A stretch of 64,000 nucleotides of DNA from Octopus sinensis (Eukaryota). Location of the stretch: NCBI RefSeq assembly GCF_006345805.1, contig NC_043012.1, forward strand, positions 30,070,001 through 30,134,000. Direction: 5' to 3'. Below are positions 13,036 through 25,225 of the stretch, one piece after another; position 1 is the stretch's first letter; each line of letters starts with the position of its first letter. The position numbers and the translations under genes were made by a program. The notes below the pieces were generated by a model, which was not told the origin of the DNA, ran no database searches, and was given only the letters and a program-made list of their open reading frames with translations.

Positions 13036-13699
13036 CTGATGCTACAGTTTCTCTTTGAAACCACTTACACTCTGTCAAACTTAATGATTTTTTCTTGCTG
13101 TCCAAAGTCCAGGAATTAAATATTCCTTGTATTCTGCTGAATATTCTCTTGAGATTTTTTATATTCATGCTATTTTTCTACGGAAGATATCTTGCCTTTT
13201 TTGTCATTTGTGAAATTTTCATGTTGGAAATACATAATACATGTTAACCTTAGTTTAGCATCCACAACCATAGAAAGACCAGAAACATAAAACTTAGAGA
13301 AATGTACAGCTTCTGATGAAATACATACATATATTCACACACTTACATGTACATTATACACACATACATGATGTGATACATATATACATATGTTGTAACC
13401 CACATGACCACTGTTGTAATCCTTAAACTAAGATTGTTATAATGTCCACTCTGGTATAGCTGTATAGTTAGTAAGACAAATAAGACCACTACTATCTTTG
13501 ACTGTCTACTTCATACTCTCTCTCTCCATACTGACTGATGTCACCTTATTTATGGTGACCAACACATACCACTTGTTAGTGGGAGGGGTGGGGTATACCA
13601 TTATTACTATTATCCCCATATCTCTCCTTTTAAGTTTTTCTTTTTTTCTTAGGGAGTGTCATTTTCTTTCAATAGCAATACTTTTTATATCACCCCACC

Positions 13700-15607
13700 T
13701 CCCTTTTTAAAGTTTTCGGCGTAACCCTAACCCTAGACACCGGGTGCGTGTATTCTCTACCTTCGCCTTATTTAATAATGGCTTCAAATTTTGGCACAAG
13801 ACCAGCAATTTCGGGGTAGGGAAGAAGTCGATTATATCGACCCAAGTGCTTAACTGGTACTTTTTTTAATCGATCCCAAAAGGATAAAAAGCAAAGTCGA
13901 CTTCGCCGAAATTTGAACTCAGAACGGACGAAAAGCTGCTAAGCATTTTTCCGGGCGCGTTAATGACTCTGCCTTATTGTTTAATAATAACGTTAAATAA
14001 CAACATCAGCAATAAATGATATTTCTTTCTTTTGTAGTTTTGTTGTTGTTGTGACTCACTCCTCTTCTGAAACCCTCCAGACTTCAACAATAACAACACC
14101 CAACAATAAGAAACAAACAATGAGAATAAGAAATAAGAGATACATTATAATATAATCAGCTCAGCCGTTCTCCTCACGTCTTTTCTTGTAACAATCATGA
14201 TAATAACATTATCATCCTGAACAACAATAATGATAATAATCAACATTATCATTATAAGCAATAATAAAAGTAACAATAGCAACACACGAACAAAAATACA
14301 GAAAGTATCACAAAACAACAAAACCAGCAACAACAACTTCCACAACAATAAATTCGATGTTTGACTAACTAACACAAAATCAAAAACCACTGAAAACAAC
14401 AACAAAGGCAAACCACTGACTAACAACAATAAAAACTTCCTAAACAACATCCCTCCACTCACACTCCAACTTTCAACACCAGACGACATCACTCACACTA
14501 CAACTTTTGCGCCGCTTCTCTCCTCCTACTGCAACTCAACTGACGAGAACGCGCAATGCTCCCATCACTTTAACAACTACTACCACTACTGCTACCGTTA
14601 CTGCAACCACTATAGGTCTTACTCATCCTACCACTCTTTATCACTTCCTACTTTTCTTTTCTTTTTCCTCTTCTTTTGTTGTATTCCTCCTTCATTGTTG
14701 CTCTCTGTTTCCCTCTTTTTTATCTCTCTCTCTCTTTAGTACACACACTCTCTGGATAATACAATTTTATTCCTTTTCTCTCCGTCTTTGCCTTGTGTTC
14801 CCACTCATTTTGTGAAGTCTTCCTCTCTAACGCCTATTAGTACCACTTTACTACTCACTCTCACTCACATCCTCTCTCTCTCTATCCCTTTTATACATGC
14901 ACACCCTCCGTCTTTCTCTGCGCCTGATACTATTACGCTTTCTGACTTCGTTTGTTTTTCTCTTACTCCCCCCCATTTACTTGCTACCCTCACTCCATTA
15001 TTACTTATACATTCACCAACTCCCACTCAATTACACACCGAAGCTTCACTCACTTATACGGCATTGCTACCCCCTCTCTTTCTCTCTCACTTACTCATTT
15101 ACAGACACATACACTTATTACGGTTTCTTCCTTTATCCTTCTCTCTTTCTCTGTCATACACTCTCCCTGACACATTCGGCATTGCTACTCTCTCTACATA
15201 GTCTCCTCACCCTTTACCTCCACATAGTCACACACAAAGCCTAGCTACTCTCTCTCTCTCTAAAGACAGTCTTTTCCTTCTTCTGCCCCCTTTCTCTCTA
15301 CTTACACATTGCTACTCTCTCCGCTCTCTCTCCCTTTCTCTCTCACTTTACTCAATCTCATACTGTGTCTGTTTTTCTGTCACAGATACACTCACAGACA
15401 TTGCTACCCTCACTGAACCCCTTTCTCCACACAGATTTCTCTTCCTCTCCCTCTGTCTTCACAGTGTCTCTCTCTCTCTCTCCCTCTCTCTCACGTTCTC
15501 CCGCCTCCTCTTCCTCTTTCCATCCCTCTCGTCTCCACTTTTGTCTCTCTCTCCCAAACTCTCATCTGCCGGGGCTGAGTGAAGTTTGCTGTGTTTGCCA
15601 GACGACC
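13700..15607 (+). promoter_or_regulatory. Probable promoter/5' UTR region of the CDC34/UBE2R2 gene
   Basis: Lies directly upstream of the ATG (context accATGG). CpGs are retained, and AAC-rich then CT-rich low-complexity tracts are present. The TSS position cannot be determined from sequence. Confidence 0.55.
13775..13978 (-). mobile_element. SINE family B, CpG-retaining copy at the edge of the promoter island
   Basis: ggcttcaaattttggcacaagaccagcaatttcgggg...gtcgattatatcgacc...aaagtcgacttcgccgaaatttgaactcagaacg...ccgggcgcgttaatgactctgcc. Confidence 0.75.
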
Positions 15608-15784
15608 ATGGCGCAAAACGCCACGGGCGGTGCTGTGAAGGCTTTACAATTGGAACTGAAGAAAATCCAAGAGGAACCGGTCGAAGGATTTCGAGTAAAT
15701 TTGACGAACGATGACAATTTATTTGTGTGGGAGGTGGCGATTTTCGGTCCCCCCAGTACATTGTATGAAGGGGGTTATTTCAAG
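15608..15784 (+). CDS. UBE2R2: Ubiquitin-conjugating enzyme E2 R (CDC34/UBE2R2 family), coding exon 1, 59 codons
   Basis: MAQNATGGAVKALQLELKKIQEEPVEGFRVNLTNDDNLFVWEVAIFGPPSTLYEGGYFK closely matches the CDC34/UBE2R2 N-terminus (KAL.LEL...QEEPVEGF...WEVAIFGPP.TLYEGGYFK). It ends at AAG|GTGAGT, a phase-0 donor. The longer ORF in the track (15365-15799) is an artefact of low-complexity upstream sequence. Confidence 0.93.
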
Positions 15785-15848
15785 GTGAGTAAGCCTTAGT
15801 TGTGTGTGTGTGGAGAATGTGCAACTATTGTGGACAGTACAGAGTGTG

Positions 15849-15884
<36 letters not shown>

Positions 15885-16128
15885 GACAATTATGTATGTA
15901 TTGTGTGATTATACTAAATACATAGATACAGACAGAAAAGGATGTGTGGATGATTATGTATAGTAAAGTGGGTATAGGATTCAGAGCGATATATTGCATA
16001 TATATATATATATATATAAAAGATGTATTTATTGTTATATATACATCACTATGTAAAGTATAGTATGTATATTCATACATGGTTGAATACATATTGTGTA
16101 GGAAAGCAAGGAAAAAGGCCAATTTATA

Positions 16129-16168
<40 letters not shown>

Positions 16169-16682
16169 GTAGAGAGAAGAGAATGTGAATAGGTGTATAT
16201 ATAGATGTGTATAGTATGAAATACGAGATCGTTAATACATACACATGTGCATATGTGTGTGTGTGTATAAATATATATTCAACTCGAGCTATTGCCTAAA
16301 TATGTCTGCTTCTAGTCTTTTTTTGTTTTTTGTTTTGTTTCTGGCTTGTGAATGTAAAATATATAAATATTATAATGTAATGCCCGATGCGATCGACTGA
16401 AATCTTCAGTGCAGTGTTACAGCATGGCCGCAGTCCACTGATTTCTAAACCAGTGAAAGATTTGTGTGTGTGTGTGTGTGTACTCATAATAATAATTATT
16501 AGAATCTGACCAGGTATGTAATGTCGAAGAGAGCGTTCGATTAATCGAGATCGATAAAGTAAGTACACGACTGAAATAAGTATTGAGGGCGATACGGAGT
16601 CGGTGCCCCAGTATGGCCGCACTCCAGTGACTAAGACCTCTACACTAATAGACACCACACACACAGGCCGTTGTACTAATAC

Positions 16683-16717
<35 letters not shown>

Positions 16718-17690
16718 TATATATACATTAAAGCTTTAAATATACCCATTTCATGTATGTATGTCTACTAATATAACGTATACATGAGTATAATGTGTAT
16801 AAAACTTGTCATTCTTTTACCTATTACTTTTCTATGTTATATATACCCCCTTATACACACGAGTTCATTCAATATATATACTCTGAAGCGATCTATTATG
16901 CATATAATTCTTTGGTGTATATAACAAATATAGGTATTATTCGTTATGGAAATGCATATACAGCATGTATGTATACACACACACACATATATATAATGTG
17001 TATATATTTAAATGTATAATTTATATCTATTTTGCATATGTATATTTACACGAATGTATATAACGTATGTCAATATGAGTGGCTGCACTCACACAATGTA
17101 TATAGGCAAGATCGTGTGCATATAATGTGTATCTACTTTATTCTGTGTGTATAATGTATATCTACTTGCTCGTGAATGTACGATGTGATGTCTAATAATT
17201 GTATATCTTAGTGTTCTGTTTGTAATGTATAATTTACATGGCTATTGGATGTGTATAATACACTAATTGTGTGGATATATGAGTAATATATGTAAGTAAA
17301 TGATTGTGTGTGTTTATAATGTATACATGTACGTGTGTAATGTGCACTACATGGTTCTGTGTGGGTTTATAACCAGGGTACTTTGTATGTATATATATAT
17401 ATATATGTGTCCACGTTATATATACATATATATGGCAATCGGCATTGTTGTTAAGATCGTTATAGTCACGAGTGTATATTTTATCCATATGTACATTAGA
17501 GAAATTATATAATCTATGTATATATAATTTATGCTTGTGTGTGTATATATATATGGGTTAAATCTTGCAGTGTATGTATATATTGTTTATATTTGCATAC
17601 ACACACCATCACAAACCTCACATCCTTTATTTATATAATAATGTATACCGATATTTGAATCTGGATTTCATGTATACAAAGCATAAAGAT

Positions 17691-17726
<36 letters not shown>

Positions 17727-17856
17727 TCCTTCAGTGTGTAGAGTATATATTTTCGTTGTCTTTCCAAATCTCTCCTACCAAGCTAGTTTTGTTGTTGTCA
17801 CTGCAACCATTGTTGTTGTTTTTTACTACCACCGCCCTCTCTCTCTCTCTCTTATA

Positions 17857-17898
<42 letters not shown>

Positions 17899-18002
17899 TA
17901 TTGGTAAAACGGTAAGATAACAAAAGAAAGAAAGAGACCTCAATATTATGTAAATAGAGGAAATTTATCTATACAATAATATGTTACATTACTCGAGAGT
18001 CA

Positions 18003-18065
18003 AGATAAAACTCTGAGTTTCAGATGCCGAAGTGGAAATCCACAACACCATCTCTTCAGTTATCT
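18003..18065 (-). ncRNA. Type I hammerhead ribozyme motif (minimal helix III)
   Basis: AGAUAA-CUGAAGA-GAUG[22 nt]CAUC-U-GAAA-C-UCAGA-GUU-UUAUCU. Helix I is a perfect 6 bp, helix II is 4 bp plus an inner GUGG/CCAC stem, and helix III is the palindrome AACUC-A-GAGUU. One extra U precedes GAAA. Confidence 0.65.
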
Positions 18066-18074
18066 GGCTATTTC

Positions 18075-18137
18075 AGATAACCGAAGAGATGGTGTTGTGG
18101 ATTTCCACTTCGGCATCTGAAACTCAGAGTTTTATCT
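18075..18137 (+). ncRNA. Hammerhead motif, sense-strand copy with core substitution (CCGAAGA)
   Basis: Identical to the minus-strand copy except that the conserved U4 is C. Confidence 0.55.
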
Positions 18138-18561
18138 TGACTATCGAGTAATGTAACATATTATTGTATATATATACATATATACACACACACATACTCT
18201 TTTACTCGTTTCAGCCATGACCATCTTGTCTAAACCGAGACCGTTATTGCTTTATATCCGTCACCCCCTTCACTATCTTTTTGTTACCAAGAGGACGTTC
18301 TAATAGTTGTAGTAGTATTAGTATTAGTAGTAGTAGAAATTGTTGTTGTCCAACGAATCGAATGAGAGGCTGAATGTATTGTAAGGAAGATGGTCACACA
18401 CACCACTCGCTCTCTCTCTCTCTCTTACACATATACACATGTAGATATGTACCATTGTTGGAAAACATGGTGAACATTCGAGCTGGAACGAACATGGACA
18501 CAATGATTTCACGTGGCTACACACATATGCAGATGTGTGTGTATATGTGTATACATATATA

Positions 18562-18706
18562 TATATTAGAAGAAATGAGGTACTCAGAAAATCGGATGGT
18601 TTTATATTTACAGATATTTATTTGTGTAAAAACATGTAATATACAAATAAATATCTGTAAATATAAAACCATCCAATTTTCTGAGTACCTCATTTCTTCT
18701 AATATA
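18562..18706. repeat. Near-perfect inverted repeat (~67-bp arms, 11-nt loop)
   Basis: tatattagaagaaatgaggtactcagaaaatcggatgg...tttgtgta versus tatacaaa...ccatccaattttctgagtacctcatttcttctaatata, with 2 mismatches. Confidence 0.9.
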
Positions 18707-18989
18707 AAATACCTGTACACCATCTCCAAACCTTCCAATATATACACACACACACAAACATATTAGTATTTGTCAATATATATCGCGTTCTGAATGTGAC
18801 GTCTTTGTGTGTCTTTGAAATCATTAAAGTTTTATTTAAAAAAAAAATCATCTGTCAAGCTATCTACGTTTATTTATTTGATCATCTCCAGGTATAACAA
18901 TATATATATAGTGTCAGTAAATACACACACACTCGAGCATACATTCAAACACAATTCTTACTGGCTTTATTTTCCGTGGCCATGCTGAA

Positions 18990-19059
18990 GCACCGCATTT
19001 GTGTATGTGTGTGTATATCTATCTGTCTGCCTGTCTGTCCGTATGTGTGTGTATGTATG

Positions 19060-19139
<80 letters not shown>

Positions 19140-19215
19140 TATAGATATATATATATATATATACACACACATATAGATATATATATATATATATATACAC
19201 ACACATATAGATATA
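18990..19215. repeat. Compound microsatellite (TG/TA/CA); representative of dozens in the window
   Basis: (TA)n interrupted by repeated cacacacatatagat units. It explains the many YIYI-type ORFs in the track. Confidence 0.9.
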
Positions 19216-19538
19216 GGCGGACGACGGAAACAATCTGAATAATCGTTATTTCTTTTGTTCAAACGTTTCTTTATCCAAACGACAACAGAATTCAAAACCA
19301 GTGATAGTGTTTATATTTACATCTTGGCTGTGTTCTCTGCAAACCTTATCGAATTGTATTATATAAGGATTTTCAAACACAATAGCCTCGGTTGTAAATA
19401 GACACACACACATATTCACCTAGGGTTCAAATACAGGCTGTTATCCTTGTGGTTATATTTTATTTTGGATGCCTTTTTGTTTTCGACCGGTAAAATTCAG
19501 TGCTTATTGTTCGGAATGTATTTAGATTCAGTGTGGTT

Positions 19539-19651
<113 letters not shown>

Positions 19652-21004
19652 TATATATACACACGTCTGTGTGTGTACATACATATATTTGATAAATATA
19701 TGCATTGTGCACTGAATATTTTGCCATAACCTTAAATTGTAGTTCTTCCGGCTTTTTTTTTCTTTCTCGAAAACGTGAATTTATAACAGTTGTGTGTGTA
19801 CATGTGTATGTACATATGTATGTGCGTGTGATATACTCTATTGAAAGTGAAAAACCTCGCAAAACTTAGTCCGAGGTTCGTTTCTGATTGTCGTGTGTTC
19901 ACGTGCGTACAGAAAAATTAGAAATAATGAAATCGTGTCTGTATGTTGTTATGCTTAATTTGCATTAGACTTGCCGTGCCATTAGTAACATCATGAACAT
20001 CACATCTTCACATTGTTCCTCATTATATGGAAGCAGCTCCATATTTGTCCTAAGAATTCTGACAATGCTTTTGTGTGTGTATCTCTCTCTTTGTCTTTCC
20101 CTCTGTGTTTCCAGTGTGTTCTTTGCATGGACGTCTTCTTCCTTGTGTGTGTGCACGAAACACGTATGTGTTTTGAGATATGGAAATAAAACGATGATGG
20201 TGTGTGTGAGATCTAGTTTATTGTCATTGAAAAATGAATTCCATCCCGAGTTTAAAAAATTGAAACATTTACTGCAGTAACAACGGCAATCAATACATCT
20301 CAAATTGCATTGTTTTTTATTGACAAATATAAACAATAGCATATACACACCACTGTGTGTATGTGTAATACGTTTTCTGCTTTGTTGAACGTCCATCAAT
20401 CAGGTGATGGAGAGTTTTTTTTTTTGGCCATGTTAAGGGCAGTGTACACATGTGAAACCACTTGGGGTTGCTGATGTCTTCAAATGATGCTGTCTTGCTC
20501 TGTCTCCTCTTCCCACACCTCTTTCTACAGCTAGGAAGACGACTTTAGTATGTTTTCGCCATGGACGGAGGTGAAACATCAATAATGTTTATGTGCAGCA
20601 GCAGCAGCAGCCGTCCTCACTACCAGCTTCTGGGCCTTGTGGTCAGCGATAGAACAACCAGATTACACAGACCACACCACACTGCAATGCAGTAGTAAGG
20701 TCAGGATGCTCTCTCACTTGTATATGGGGGAAAGTTGGAGAGTAGCCGAGAAGGAAAATTAATTTAATTTTCTTTCTCCAAAGGAAATCCAGACTCGACT
20801 GGAACTTGCTTCACTATAAAACAGGTGGGCTACGGGAGGATCTCTGTTGCGGGTTTTTAAAATTTTAAATTTTTAATAGGTTGGTACTCAAAACTTTTTG
20901 TAAGGCCTCAGAGTGATGAGGTCTCTGCAGCCGATGCCCCACTTGACATCTGTAGTGGAAAATCTGGACAGGAGTAAACTGGGGTAGGTGGGTAGTGGTG
21001 GAGT

Positions 21005-21195
21005 GGTTTGTGGTTCTGGTCTGAACATGGATGAACCAGGGTTAGTGGTGGGCCTGGTCTAAATGTAGATGGAGTTAACCAGTTTGGATGGTGGGTCTGG
21101 TTTGAATGTGGGTGGACTGGACCAGTGTAGGTGGTGGTTCTGATCTGAATGTGGGTGGAGTAGACCAGGGTGGGTGTTGGATTCTGTCCTGAATG
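21005..21195. repeat. Degenerate G-rich minisatellite, ~43-bp unit x4-5
   Basis: Units resembling ggtggttctggtctgaatgtgggtggagtagaccaggg, spaced 38, 43, 43 and 44 bp. Confidence 0.75.
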
Positions 21196-23244
21196 ATGCT
21201 TGAAACAGTAAACTTCATCAAATGCATCTAATGGTGGTGGTGGTGGAGTTGAACCAGGTAGAGGATCTAATCAAGAAATGAGATGATGTTTGCCATTGCT
21301 ATAAACAAGTATAATCAGGTGAAAGAAGTGCAAATTGTTTCACACACACACACACGAAATCTCCTGCACATGTCTTTACCACAAACTTTGATAGTTTTAT
21401 AACAGTTTTTTTGTTGGACAAATATTTTTCACCATTGGTTGTATTTGACATTTCTTCATGCAAACTGGAGATAATACCAACTTCAGTGAATACTTATTAT
21501 TATTATTGTTAATAGTAGAAGCAGTAGTTATGATATTTGTAGATAACATATTGTAATTGTGTTGAAAAACAATGTTTTCCTGGAAACACAAAAGTTTACA
21601 CAATTCCACATTCTTAAATACACTTGTAAACATAATCTAAATGCTCACTTAAACCTCGGGTTGTAAACATCCCCCTCCCCCTCCCCATCATTGTTTTATG
21701 TTTACTTTCCATTGTGGTCTGGATCATTACATCCTCAGTCAGATGCTCTTCAGGGTTATTGTTCCTCTAGGCAGGTTGTGTCCCATAACTTACAAACATT
21801 CTACTTATAGCACGTTTTCTATGGTTGGCTGTCCTACAAAGTATAGGGTCACTTGAAGAGTGTCTTGGGGTGTATTTTATTATGATATTAGCATTAGAAA
21901 GGTTGTCAGTGCCCTCAGCAGAATTAAAGGGTTCTGTCAACCCTAGACCTCTCTGATAGTGGCATTAGCACTAGAGATTGTTATGCTCTTAATAAGACAA
22001 AAGGATCCATAACCCTTGCATTTCCTAACACCAACGACATACAGAGTGTATTGGCACTTGCTCTACAGAGGTTGTTAATGCCATCAACAAGAACAAAGGA
22101 TCTTCTCAGCCCTGGCTCTTCTTAATTATGGTATTAACACTTTTGAAGTTGTCCATGTCCTTGGCTCCTCTTGACTCTGTAAAGTAGTACACAAACAATA
22201 CAAAGTCTACGTAACACATTGTCGTCAGCTGTGTGTCATAGATACGTTAATGCTCAACTGTAAACATAATATCTACAACTCTTCATTAAAATACACGTGC
22301 ACATATTAAAAATTCAAGAATTAATGATTATAGTTTGTTGTACAGAGAAAATCATTTTTTTTTATTCAGGCTGCAAGCTGGCAGAGTCATTGGTGTGTCA
22401 GACAAAATACTTTGCAGCATTTCTTCTGATTCTTTACATTCAAGGTTCAGATTCTGTGAATGTTGGTGTGCCTTTCATTCTTGGAGGGGTGGGTCATTGA
22501 AATATGTGCTAGTTGAGCATTGGGGGTCAGTGTATAACTGACTTACCCCTTCCCTCCCCTACAGTTGCTGGCTTTATGCCAAAATTTGAAATCATCAAAA
22601 GGTGCTGAGTTGGTTGTCTCAGTAGCACATCACTCAAGATACTAAGTGGTATTTCTTCTGGTACTTTTTGAGTTCAAATCCCATTGAAGTTGACTTTGCT
22701 GTTCATTGCTTTGGGTTTGATACAGCAAGTGCTGGGCCCAGTGTAAATGACTACCCCCTCCCCTCAGAATTGCTGGCCTTGTACCAAAATTATTATTGTG
22801 GTGATGGTGGTGGTCAACATCCTTGTTCTAACTTTCATTGGCTTGGCGCAAAACCAACATTGAAGACTCAATCAATAAACTCTGTCTCACTAAAAAGTCA
22901 TCTGTTTCTGACTCATTCTTCTTCTGTATCGTCTGTCACCTTTATCCCCTCCATGGCTGCTCTTCAGGACTTCGCTTTTTCCAGCTGAACTGAAAACTCT
23001 CCACTGGCATTAGTCCTTAGGCTTCTCAACATCCCTCTTGTATGTTTCTCATAAGCATTGAGTTGTGCTCTTTTTTTTTTCAATTTTAACTCCGCGTCAA
23101 CTCTGATTCAGCAGACCTTATGATCAAAGGTATTCCAGCTTTGGCCATCCCATTTTTCTATATATCTAGAACTATATTAACTAATGTGTCCTTCCTAAAA
23201 TGGTAGGTTCAATTATAAAGAAATTTGGCTGCTGTTTCTAGCTG

Positions 23245-23344
23245 NNNNNNNNNNNNNNNNNNNNNNNNNNNNNNNNNNNNNNNNNNNNNNNNNNNNNNNN
23301 NNNNNNNNNNNNNNNNNNNNNNNNNNNNNNNNNNNNNNNNNNNN
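23245..23344. other. Assembly gap (100 N, true size unknown)
   Basis: Run of exactly 100 N. Confidence 1.
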
Positions 23345-24228
23345 GTAGTCGTCAAGGTAATGTTCTTAAAATAATGCCTTAACCTATAGTTTAATACATA
23401 AATCAGAATTGCTATTTCTAGACTAGTAAAGGAAGCTTGAAATAGTATATTAAAATGAGCTGATGTTACTAATATGAATTATCTACTCTATGGAGATAAT
23501 TATCATTAAATACTTAAACTGTATTTGTAAAACAAGAGTGAAACCTGTCCTCGTTCTTTTGAAGGACATAACAAAAAATAAGTTTGTATTTATATTTGTT
23601 TCTCTACATTTGTTCATTCCTTTTATGTCCTTTTGTTTTTTCATGCTAGTATAGGTTTTGGACAGTTATTTGTGACAGGATTTTATGGCTGGATACTCTC
23701 TTTGTCACCGACCCTTATCTATTTTCAAGTGAGGGATACATTATTCGTGAAGTGTGGAGCAACCATTCCCAATGTCAACATCCCCACCACTTTGCTTAAG
23801 CTGTGACAAGTATGAAATCGCAATGTCTATGCACATTTGAATGCACAAACAAACACTTGTACAGAAATGTATGTTTGATGTGATGTGGTGGTTTTTGTCT
23901 AATACTGTTTTAGTTTAGTCACAGAGATTGAAGGTGTTCCAGTTATGATGGCTGAACATGTCACCTGATTCTGCACTTTAAAGACTTCTTTGAACCCTTT
24001 ACTGTCCAACCTATACCAGCATGGAAAACAGAAGTTAAACATTGATAAGGATTTATATATATCCATATATATTATGCATAAGATGTTCAGACTAAATTTG
24101 CCAGTTTACATAAAAGGAAAAGAAAACAATGTCCCATTCGAATATAAAAGTGTTTTAACAATCACAAAATCTGAACTAGATTATGGTGGAGAGGTAACAT
24201 TTTACTCCAAGTAGCTGCCTTCATAGGC

Positions 24229-25225
24229 TCAACATGACTCCAGAATATGGTACATGTGTTCCTCACTGTCTCGCATGGCAAGATCTTTGAACACCTCCTT
24301 GGCTTTCGGGTTGCAGGCAGAGGGGTTGGTGTCTTTCTTTACTACACCCCACATATAGTAATCTATAGGATTACAATCAGGGGAATTAGAGGCCAGAAAT
24401 TGAGGCTGGTGAAGTGGAAGAAATTCTCTGATAACCACTTCTGACTCTTTCTGGAGGTATGACAAAGAGCTGAATCCTGTAACCATACATGTGGTTTTCC
24501 AGCATCAACTCTCTCCAGCCAAAGCTTGATCACAGTCTCCAGATAGCTTCACATAGTCATCTGAATTGAGCCTAAGGTCCTGTTCAAAGATATGGGGTGA
24601 CATGATGTGACCCTCACTGGAGACATGCCCAAAGACCATCACAGTTTGGAGAACTTGGTTTTCATGATACGTGGGGCGTTATATACATTGTAGGCAAGCC
24701 ACCTGGTATTCTAGTGTTGTACAACTGATCCTGTTAGAAGTTCTTTTCATCTGAGAAGATTCAGATCCTCTCAGCCTCAACAGGATGCCTCAACTTCTCC
24801 AGGAGGTTTTTTGCCTTCATCATGTAGTTCTCTTTGTCCTTGGCTGTCAGAATTTGTTCCTTGTGCTTCTAGTATGAGTGGTAGCAGAGGTCCTCATTCA
24901 AGGCCAGCTTCTTCATGGTGGCAACTTCCACACCCATCTCTCTCACCAAAACCTCTATTCCATTGTCCAGCAGCTTCACATAGCCATCAGAATTGCAAGA
25001 TGGAGATTAATTCCAGTATGTAGACAGTTAGAATGCCTGTTGTGTCACTCCCTGCTGGCCATGGTTTCATAGTCCCCTATTGCAGCTGTCCATGTCACAT
25101 CTTACAGCCATTCCAGTGTTCACACAGCACTGAGCAGCAATCATGATGTCATCATTTTGATACCTGGTGCAAATCCTCATAATACAGGTAACTCTTTTCC
25201 GATATTCCATTAGCTTCCAGCCCTC
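24229..25225 (-). pseudogene. Decayed Tc1/mariner-superfamily transposase, DD37D (maT-like)
   Basis: The minus strand gives IFSDEKNF, VMVFGHVSSEG, WLQDSALCHTSRKSQKWLSENF and WPLNSPDCNPIDYYMWG. 37 residues lie between the second and third Asp. Multiple stops and frameshifts; TIRs were not confidently found. Confidence 0.85.

Larger units (their letters stand above)
17903..18170. mobile_element. Penelope-like pseudo-LTR fragment with an inverted partial copy (97-bp arms, 7-nt loop), embedded in (TA)n
   Basis: Arms 17970-18066 and 18074-18170 are reverse complements with 2 mismatches. Both contain a hammerhead fold, and (TA)n flanks both sides. The Penelope assignment is inferred from this architecture. 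Confidence 0.6.

Noticed and set aside
13718-13733. Telomere-like (CCCTAA)n, also at 43086-43103
   Set aside because: Only 2-3 units are present, too short to call an interstitial telomeric sequence.
14054-14496. Minus-strand GTGAGT donor-like hexamers as evidence for a divergent first exon
   Set aside because: ACTCAC is expected by chance in CA/CT-rich DNA and the exon-side bases are non-consensus, so this is not usable evidence.
14145-15244. Several 70-137 aa Leu/Ser/Thr-rich ORFs on both strands
   Set aside because: They are translations of AAC- and CT-rich low-complexity DNA with no recognisable domain.
15365-15607. N-terminal extension of the 144-aa ORF upstream of MAQNATGG
   Set aside because: It is low-complexity CT-rich sequence with a non-ATG start. 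Homology to CDC34 begins at the ATG at 15608, which has a good Kozak context.
18562-18706. Third hammerhead ribozyme
   Set aside because: CTGAGTA does not fit CUGANGA, and there is no GAAA/helix II arrangement.
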